A stretch of 64,000 nucleotides of DNA from the human T2T-CHM13v2.0 reference genome, Homo sapiens, in assembly GCF_009914755.1 (NCBI RefSeq), contig NC_060947.1, one strand, 5' to 3'. Positions 53,114 to 64,000 of the stretch are shown here, one piece after another; position 1 is the stretch's first letter; each line of letters starts with the position of its first letter. The position numbers were made by a program, and so were the translations under genes. The notes below the pieces were generated by a model. It was given only the letters and a program-made list of their open reading frames with translations, was not told the origin of the DNA and did not search any database.

Positions 53114-53229
53114 ATGTTAGTAAGTGTCTCACACTTCTTTCAAACATCAAAGAGCCCAGCAGATCAGTTTATACATTGTAGAGACTCAAGAAGAGCTTGT
53201 GGACAATTTGATCACTAACATGACTGAAA

Positions 53230-53652
53230 ATCATTCAGTGGCAGCAATAGAGGTGCACCAGCCAGATGTTCCTTTAAGAAAGACCTTGCCATTAATCTGT
53301 GATACGAACAGTTATCTCATAGCTCCTATCTGTAGTACCTTTGGGATCCATTGCAGCATTTGCATCAAATTCGCACCCTTCCCAGGCATCTCCCAGTGCA
53401 TGACCGATCCTGGTGAAGATACTAGGAAATGGTCCTTTTTTGCCTAATGCAATACTCTAATGACAATCTTTTCTCAAAAACTCCTCATGAGTTTGCCAAA
53501 ACTTTGAAAGATTTGTTTCATAGTCTGAGGCTCTTCCTCTCCAATACTGCTTAATATCTTATTATATGTCATAGGCATTATCTCCCAATGAACCACTTGC
53601 ACTCCTAACTCTGTCTAACCATCTGTTTATCAGAGGATCTAAATGGACACAC
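53230..53652 (+). mobile_element. Old ERVL LTR (LTR16-related; subfamily uncertain)
   Basis: CTCCCAATGAACCACTTGCACTCCTAACTCTGTCT.. end motif. Confidence 0.55.
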
Positions 53653-53894
53653 ATACCTACTAAATTAATGATGAGGAAAATAAAAGTTTGTTTAGGAATA
53701 TAGTGAAGTGGCCCAATTTCAAGGAGAATTGTGATATGAGCCTTAAAAATGGGAAGAAAAAAAATAATAATAGCAAAGTCAGAACACCTGTCCCTCAATC
53801 CGCATCAGACTGCTTATCTCTTTCTTTGTCAGAGAGTTGTGGTGAGGATCAAATAAGAGAGTACATGGTTTCTGAAATTTGGGTGAGCCCATCA

Positions 53895-54625
<731 letters not shown>

Positions 54626-55190
54626 TGTTAGAAACATTTAAGACAGATGCTCAGTTACCCCACTACCTAATCCTTACTTTTTATGGGCTTCAGTTCCCCA
54701 TGAAAAATATTTAAATTAGGTTCTCAGGATTCATACAACTTGTCTGATATCCTAAAGGATCCTCCCACCTCCACAAAAAGAGAAAAATGTAAGAAAACAT
54801 AGTGAAACCTCTGTGAGAAAGTACATATGAATATTTCACAAAGGCATGATGAAGAAGATTTCATTGTAGGAACCAGTTTTGAGAAGTAGCAGGATTTCTA
54901 GGTACAGAGTAAGGTTGTACTTGACCATCCCTTAACACTGTGCATTCCAAGAGGCAGATGGCCATAATATACAGAAGACTGTTTCCAGAGGCAAACAGCT
55001 CTGCTAAGAAAGCCCTGTGAAAAAGGTTGTAAGAAAAAGAGGAAAGGATTTCCATACTAGCTGGGAGAAAGGAGAAAGCAAGAAGAGGTTGATTTTTAAA
55101 AGATTAGTAGAGCTTCTAGTTTTTGCCTTGACATATAAAAAGCTTAGACAATATCACCCCAGTCCTTACAATAAGAAAAAGCTAGACAAG

Positions 55191-55648
<458 letters not shown>

Positions 55649-57868
55649 TTACTGAAGGCTGAGTCTGGACTAGGGTGAAAATAAAAAATGATGTGGGCTG
55701 CAGTTTTGAGGTACTCCCACACTTTCATGAGTTTTATTTCCAAAAATGCCACCAGCTCATCATAATGAAGATCTAAAAGATTCCCTTCTGGCTTTGGCAG
55801 GGGTAAGAGAAGAGTGACTACTATGATTTCTGTCCAGAGTTTTCTCCATGAGAAAGGTCTACTCTACATGAGGAAAGACTTTACTAGAGCCATGTCGCCA
55901 AACTTTGGGAAAAAGTCACTCCTTTGACTGTAGTCCTTTCTAGACCTCCTGTCTCACTTAAGGCAGTGGGAAGCAATAGAAGAAGAAATACAGGTGAAGA
56001 CCACAAGTCAGAGACAAATTCCCACTAAAAGACTGATATTTAATCAGAATATTATTGAATATTCCCCTCCCCTACAACTTACTACCATACCAACAGTATA
56101 ATAAGAGTGGATAATAGCTAAGAGCTGTAAGACACAGTCTCTGAGAGGGAATACTTAGGGAAGCCCAAGGTTAAGAGGGGAAACAAAAATGACATTAGAG
56201 GAATTTGGAACACAGTGTTCACACTTAGAGCAAGAGCAAATATTAAACAAAGCCCAATTCATGGCCAGATTAACACAAATCCTCAGTTGCTATTAGCTGA
56301 AACAGCATGTACTGCTTTCAATTAAAACTTATAAGGTATGACAAAAGACAAGAGAAAAACAGTCTAAAGAGATAAAACAAGTATCAAGAACAGACTGAGA
56401 TATGACACAGATGTTTGCATTATCAGACAGGAAAATTAAAAACCAATGATTAATGCAATAAAGGCTCTAACAGAAAAAGTAGGCAACATGCAAGAACAGA
56501 TGGGTAGTGTAAGCAGAGAGATGGAAACTAAGAAAGAATCAAAAGGAAATACTAGAAATAAAAAAATACTCCAACAGAAATGAAGAGTGCCTTTGTTGGG
56601 CTCATCAGTAGACTCAACATAGCTGAGGAAAGAACCAGTGATCCAGTGATCTCGAAAATAGGTCAAAAGAAAGTTTCCAAATTAAAATGCAAAAGAAAAC
56701 AAAGAATTGGAAAAAAATGAAACATCCAAAAACTGTAGAATGATATCAAGAGGTGTAACATATGCGTAATTATAATACTTAGTGCTAGTAGGAGAAAAAA
56801 GAGAACAGAGCCAATAAAAAGTTTGAAGTAATAATGGCCAAGAACTTCCAAAATTAATTGCAGACATCAAATCACAGATCTACGAAGCTCAGAAAACACC
56901 AAATAGAATAAATGTAAGAAAAATTTACACCTAAAAGTATCATATTCAAATTACAGAAAACCAATGACAAAGAAAATCTTGAAGGAATACAAAGGGAGAA
57001 AAACTTATCTACAGAAGAATAAGAATACAAGTAACAATGGATGTCTTGTCAGCCACCATGCAAAATAAAAGAGTGAAATGAAATATTTAAAATATTAAAA
57101 GAAAAAAATCAAACTAGAATTCTGTCTCCACTTTACTTCTATCTCTATCTCTACTTTAAAAGTAAAGAAGAAATAAAGACTTTCTCTGAAAAACAGAAAT
57201 TGAGAGAATTCATCACCAGCAAACCAGTCCTGCAAGAAAAGTTAAAAGACTGTCTTCAGGCAGAAGGAAAAGCATAAAGGTCATAAACTTGGATTTACAT
57301 GAAGAAAGGAAGTGCATAGGAGGAGAAACAAATAAAGGCAAAATAAAATCTTTTACTTTACTTATTGATTAATTGAATTAAAATACCACTGTTTGCTTAA
57401 AGTAATTATAATAACACATATGGTGATTATAACATATAGATATATAAAATGAAAGACAGCATGTCATAAGGGATAGGAGAGAGGAACTGGGAATACTGTT
57501 ATAAGGTAGCCACACTATATGTGAGGCAATACAGTGTTATATGAGGGTGGACTTGAATTAGTTACAAATATACATTGCAACTATAGGGTAGTCACTAATT
57601 TTTCAAAGTATGATTGATATTTTAAGAGAGGAAATGGAAGCATATAAAATGCTGAAATAAAATGAGAAAAAGCAAAAAAAAAATGAATTCTCAGGCAATG
57701 ACTATAAAACAATTATAAATATGAGATATTAAGCAAAGTATATGAGTAACTACATTAAATGTGGAAGTCAAAATACACCATTTACAAGATATATTTTTGG
57801 AGTGTATATAAAAACAAGGCCTAACTATATATTGTCTATGAGAAATATACTTTAAACATTAAGACTCA

Positions 57869-58175
<307 letters not shown>

Positions 58176-59614
58176 TATTAAGTCTCAGTTTAAAAGCAAA
58201 GAGATGGAGAAAATATACTATGCTGATGACTAACCAAACAAAAGCTGGAGTAGCAGTATTAATTTCAGATAAAGTAAAGTTCAGAACAAGAAAACAGGAA
58301 TACAGAGCCATGCTACATAATACAAAATGGGTCAATTCTTTAAAAAGACACAACAATCCTAAACACGTATGAACCTAAAATACATGAGACTCATGTATGA
58401 ATACCAAAATACATGAGACCCAAACTGATTAAAGTGAAAGGAGAAATAGACAATTTAGTATTATAGTTGGAGACTTTAACAGCCCTGTCGGTAAGTGATA
58501 GGTCAATCAAACAGAAAATCAATTAATATATGGTTGACTTGAACACCACTATCAGTTAACTTGATCTAATTGACATTAATAGAATGCTTCATCCAACACC
58601 AGCAGAATATACATTCTTCTCAAGTTTTCATGGAACATTCACCAAGACATACCACATTCTGGACCGTAAGATATACCTTAACAAATTTAAAAGAATACAA
58701 ATTGTACAAAGTATATTCTCAGACCACAGTAGAATTTAAAATAGAAATCAATAAGAGAAAGACACCTGGAAAATCCCAAAATATTTGGAGATTAAGCAAC
58801 ACATTTGTAATAACAGATGGGTCAAAGAAGTCTCAAGATCTTAATATAAAAACATTTTGAATTAAATAAAAATGAAAATATAACTTACCAAAATATGTGA
58901 GATGTGATGAAAGCAGAGCTTACAGAGAACTTTATAGCATTAAATGCATATGTTAGAAAAAAATTTAAAATCAGTAAGCTAAGGTTAAACCTTTGGTAAC
59001 AAGAGATAAAAAACAGCAATTTAAGCCTAAAGCAAGCAGTAGAAAAACTAATAAAAATTAGAGTAGAAATCTGTGAAATTTAAACCAGGAAAATAATAGA
59101 GAAAATCAGTGAAACCAAAAGCTGGGTCTTAGAAAAGATAAATAAAATTGATAAACCTCTAGTTAACAGAGAGTGGGGAGGGAGGGAGGGAGAGAAGGGG
59201 AGAGGGAGAGGAGGGAGGGAGGGAGAGAGAGAAGGAAGAGAGAAGACCCAAATTACTAATATCAGAAAGGAAAGAGGGTTCATCACTACTGATCACATGG
59301 CCATTATTAAAAGGATAATAAAGGAATACTAAGAACAATTCTATGCATGTAAGTTTGATAACTAGATGAAATACACTAATTTTTGAAAGATACAAACCAC
59401 CAAAATTCATAAAAGGAGAAATAGTTAACTTGAATAGTTCTATTTCCATTAAATAAGTTGAATTAATAATTAATAGGTTTTTGTAAAAGCACCAGGCCCA
59501 GATGATTTCACTGGTCAAATGTACCAAACATTTAAGAAAGAAATGATACCAATTTTTCACAATCTCCTCCAGAAAACAGAAACAGAATAAACAACTCACT
59601 CGTTTTAGAAGAAC

Positions 59615-60330
59615 ACTATGTTTCTCCTATTTAACCCTCATATGCCTCCTCCTGAGTCCCTGGAAAACAGATGTTTTTACTGTCTCTATAGTTTTGTCCT
59701 TTCCAGAGTATTTGATACTGTAATGGTGAAAATAAAACAATGAGCATTTGTCAAAACTTGTATAACTTTATAGCACAGAGTAAACCATAATAGATACATC
59801 TTTTTTTAATTATTGAAGAGGTCAGGAGATTGCAGGATGGAAAACAGAATGTGACAAAAGAATCTAAATGCATTACAAATGTTTTAAACAACTTCACTGA
59901 AGAGGGTGGGTGAAGAGGTGTTAACCTAAGTTACCTTGGAAATGAGTGGTGTTTATAACACAAAAGAGCAAAAAGACCTGTATTTAACAACTGTGCTATA
60001 GCTGATAATGTTGTTTCCAATGGGGGTATGGGTTAACAATTCTAAATATATATGTATACGGGAATCAAATACTAAATGGATAGTGGATAATGGGAGCCAA
60101 ATCTCACTGTTGGAGTGGGAGGTTACAGGTAAGCAAAGGAAAGAGCCTAGAATGATCCACATGGTAATGGCTTCCATAGAGTTAGAGACATCAGTATGAA
60201 TCTAATTTAGCTTAGTATAGACCCAGATTTTTACAATAGAAATATTTATAGTTATATATATTTAATACCATACTAATGCCAGCTGTTAATAGGAGAAACA
60301 ATGTGGAGTATACATACAGGAACTCTCTGT
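59615..60330 (+). mobile_element. L1MC/MD 3' end with its first ~95 bp inverted
   Basis: 59712-60330 is homologous to 44500-48680; 59615-59711 is the reverse complement of the segment that normally precedes it. Confidence 0.75.
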
Positions 60331-60934
60331 ACTATCTTCAAAATAATTCTGTAAATTTAAAACTGCTTTAAAATAAAAAAAGTTTAAAAAATACCAGTCA
60401 CAACTTAGGGAATAACTTCACATGTCATAGGAATAGTGGTTAATGAATCAGATAGCAGAGAAAATTAACTAATAATTTTTCCCACTTTTTCTTAAACATA
60501 GAAACACCAGCTATGCTGTGATGTTAGGTATTCAGTCCAGTGATGCCTCATGGAATGGTGAAAACCACCTTATAATCTAAGTTAGAAAACAGGGATGTAG
60601 TTTCTAATTCAATTGCTTGCCAGTTGGGGGACCCTATGAAATCACTCTTCCTGCTTAAAGCAAGGTTATTGGATATAATGACCCTAAAAGCCTATCCAAC
60701 TGAGACATTCCATCACTCTTCATCCTCTAATCTAGAAGGAAGATTGGGCTTCTCTCATGTTCATAAGGCTGACACTCCCCTCTTTGTCATAGCTGTGTAT
60801 CTGTAAACAGAATATTGGTGCCCATCCAGATAGCCACTCAGAGTCAAGACCTCTATGTGGTGCAGGACAGACTCCAACCTGCTAACAGGGGCTAAAAGGT
60901 TAGAGGAGCCTCCACATTCCCTTTATCATCTGTA

Positions 60935-61402
60935 CAGTAGCTGCTGTCAATTCTCTACCCAGATCCCCTTCACCAGGCTATTGTGTCCATTCTCCAGCTG
61001 CTATGAATGCTACCTGCTAACAGGTCATAGTTCACCCATCTTTGAAGAATTATACTAGGTCAACAGAGACTGCCTTGTACAGAGAGGACTAGGAAGTTAC
61101 ATTAACTCCTTTTCTGGGAGTTGCCTTGTTACTAATGACCGACTGATATTGGGGTATTAAAGTCCAGTCTCCTTGCCTCAGGGTGAGACATCTCCACGGT
61201 ATTCTTAATGCTGCACAGCTCCCTGTGAGATTCAGCTGAGTCTAGATTTCAGCCGAACCCACATCTTTGCCTGGCTTCTTCTCCTGCCCTTTCCTGATTT
61301 CCTTACTCCATTAGAGGTTTCACCTGGTAACACTTCCCCACTAACTCACTTGCAACATCATCCCTCCCTCAGACTCTGCTTCTTGGTAACCTGACCTCAG
61401 AA
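60935..61402 (+). mobile_element. LTR16C-like ERVL LTR
   Basis: CCTTGCCTCAGGGTGAGAC..CTCAGACTCTGCTTCTTGGTAACCTGACCT. Confidence 0.7.
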
Positions 61403-61486
61403 AACGTGGGAAAAGTTGTTATAATATCCTTCCAATGTCCCAGAGAAATCATGGGTGTGGCTACTCCCATACAGCATTCTATAAAG

Positions 61487-61648
61487 CAAGAGTCAGCAGC
61501 TTTCTAGGTCACATGTGGTCTCTGCTGCATATTAGTTTTCTTTTTCTCTAATTCTTTAAAAATGTAAACACCATTCTTCACTCTTAACTCATACAAAAAC
61601 AAGCAGCAGGTGAGATGTGGTCCGTGGGCTACAGTTTGCTGACCTCCG
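61487..61648 (+). mobile_element. MER58 hAT-Charlie DNA transposon
   Basis: CAAGAGTCAGCA...AGTTTGCTGACCTCCG TIR remnants; 8-bp TSD CTATAAAG/CTCTAAAG. Confidence 0.8.
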
Positions 61649-61994
61649 CTCTAAAGCACAGGAGTAAGTAAAGTTGGCAGTCCCATACCAGTGCAGACTG
61701 GAGGTTAGGAGACCTCAGTCATACTTAAGTCTTCTTTTGGGAGGATTAAGGCAGAAGCCCATCTGACAGAAATGCAGCAGGAATTAACTAATGATCGTTA
61801 AAGCCTTTGAAAACATAATGGGCTTTACAAAACTAAGTATATAGGGATTTATCATTAAACATTCACCTCTTCTGTTTGATGAATTGTCTTCTGCTTATTG
61901 TTATTATGAGAAAACGTTTAACAAAATAATTTAGAAAACCTGAAAGTCTCTCAAGAAGCAAAATAATTCCCAGTGAGCCTTAGTATGTTACCAT

Positions 61995-62222
61995 GAAAAA
62001 AATAGAAAGACAGGCACACAAGAGATAGAAACCAAGGCAGAGACAGAGAGAAAGAGACATATACACACAGAGATAAAAGGGAAAGAGACAGAGAGAGGGA
62101 AAAGGAAATAAATATAGACAAAGAGACAGGTTGGAGAGTCAAAGACAGAGAGAGACCGAGATATAGGAAGAAATAGAGGCAGAGAGGGAGAGACAGTGAT
62201 AGAGAATCAGAGAAAGAAAAGA
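61995..62222. repeat. GA-rich low-complexity tract
   Basis: Direct reading. Confidence 0.85.
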
Positions 62223-62539
62223 GCTCTTAACAAACAATATTTTTAGCAGCAACTCAAAGCCTGTTCTCAACAATGGAAGTTTAATTTACAAACACTTGTC
62301 TCATTTTCGCCTCTACATTCACAAACCAACATCTATGGTAAGGATCAAGTAGGTGTGTGTTGTTTGGTTTCAAGAGGATAAACATTTTATACCTTAGAAT
62401 TCTGGAACATATTTGCTGGATTACCTACTGTAGAGGGCATTGATTATGTAGTGATGTACCTAATGGATGTCTGAAAACAGATTCTGAGTAAGAGAAAAGA
62501 GCAGAAAAGGTTGGACTTAGAATACAAACACTTAAGTTG

Positions 62540-62720
62540 AAGTCTATATATTCTATCATTTAATGACCTTAGAAAAGTTACCTGTGCCTGAAATTCAATT
62601 TTCTCCTCTGGAAAAAAAATTATATACATATATACATATACACACATACACACACACATACTCTAATGTAGTTGTAAGGATTAAATAAGAGCATAAGTCA
62701 TAAATGGTGTTTAGGGACAG
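62540..62720 (+). mobile_element. MIR fragment with TA/CA microsatellite
   Basis: TGACCTTAGAAAAGTTACC..GTTGTAAGGATTAAATAAGA. Confidence 0.6.
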
Positions 62721-63499
62721 TAAGGTAGAGGGTAAGGTGGAGATAATTACTTCTCTAATCTTCCTTTTACATCCTAATAAGCCTCAGCAATGTCTCAGAA
62801 AAGGAAAGCTTTGAAAATGTCAGAAATGCCATTTTAAAAAATTATGAAATCATCTATATAAATTTTGAAACATAAATCCCCCTCCTTTTGTGTTTTGCTT
62901 GCTTACTTTTATTTTTGCTCTAAGTAGCTGAAGAATTTGGTAAAGATTTCTATAGAGCCACAGGAAATGAAAGAAATAAAGGTACAAGTCCAATCTTCCA
63001 ACACAGTTGTATGGATTATGAGATAATATATGTAAATTGTTTTTTCAATGATTAAGCACCATATGTATTGGTTATTTGTGGACTAATTTTAGACTAATAA
63101 AAGCAAAAACTAATTTTGGCTGAGCTGACAGTACAGTTCATTCAAAAGAGTGAGACTTTTTAAATATAGTATCCCAAATCTTTTACCTCTGATGCCATTA
63201 GCACAATGCAGTTCTTCCATTTCAAGGAAACAAGGCCAAAACTGTGAGTTTTTGAAGATGAGAAAAGGAATTGTGTAAAGCAAGTTTAATTTCTAGGGTT
63301 TTTTTTTTTTCAAAGGACAGTATTAAAAATTCCTCTTGCCAGGAACTAGGACTGCATTAGTCTGTAGTAAGTCAGAAAATATTTTGCTAGTTTTTGCTCA
63401 AGTTTCAGCACTGTAGTTTCCTCTTACTTTGTTTCTACTTCCCATCTGTAATGGACGCCAGGATGATCCTCTTCAAGGAAGATCCCTCTTCAAGGAAGG

Positions 63500-63897
63500 A
63501 GGAGCTGCCTTAGCTGTTGAGACTACTCTAGACAGACAGCCTCCAGCTGTCAGCCTTTTCAGGGTCTGCCTCAGCTGCAGACAGCAGCTGTGCAATGACA
63601 TGCCCTTTCTCTGGGTAGCCTACACCCAATGTCTGATCCATGTGGGAGTATAAAGTCGTGGCCACTTCAGCCCAATTTGGGAAAATTTCTGCAGCACCTT
63701 CCTTGCTTTAGCACTTTCCACAGGATCAATACAGGCTCTCGCTGAGCCTGTATCACAGCTTGACTTCTCCCTCTGCCCAATCTTGCCTCCTTCCCCCACC
63801 TTCCACGGGGTTTGAATCTGAGGATACTCCTGAATGAATACCTTTGCATGCTCAACTTTGTCTCAGAGTCCCATTCCCAGTGAACCAACCAGCAATG
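63500..63897 (+). mobile_element. LTR16-family ERVL LTR
   Basis: GACTTCTCCCTCTGCCCAATC..TTGCATGCTCAACTTTGTCTCAGAGTC. Confidence 0.7.
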
Positions 63898-64000
63898 CTT
63901 TCTCATTCTACTTCTATTTTGTTGCATCACACTGTGTATCATGGCTTCATGAAGTGACAGGTCAGTAAGAGCTGATACCAATCCTAGGTGGTTGTTGATA

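Noticed and set aside
63415-63445. Minus-strand donor AAA|GTAAGA as the end of a first exon
   Set aside because: A single motif without a supporting promoter, CpG island or acceptor; too common by chance

Overview
This is AT-rich primate (human-like) nuclear DNA, and most of it is interspersed repeats. It holds two near-full-length L1s on the minus strand (L1PB1-like, L1PA16/17-like) and an old plus-strand L1M. It also holds a complete two-LTR MER57 (ERV1) provirus with integrase and env-TM remnants, a complete MST-type MaLR provirus, ERV-L gag and pol remnants, many solo LTRs, about 15 Alu elements, MIR/L2/L3 fragments and two hAT DNA transposons. No intact long protein-coding ORF is present; most ORF-track entries derive from Alu, L1, LTR or microsatellite sequence. 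The unique DNA at the left end carries splice and poly(A) signals. These suggest the 3' end of a minus-strand spliced transcript (candidate exons 7818-7893, 4011-4102, ~2598-3415) overlapping a possible plus-strand one; I could not assign a gene name. The best-supported oddities are an apparent L1 3' transduction (~8582-8674) and a 128-bp, 126/128-identical templated duplication inside an ancient ERV-L. I found no convincing new biological system. Subfamily names come from recalled consensus sequences, not a database search, and boundaries of old repeats are approximate.
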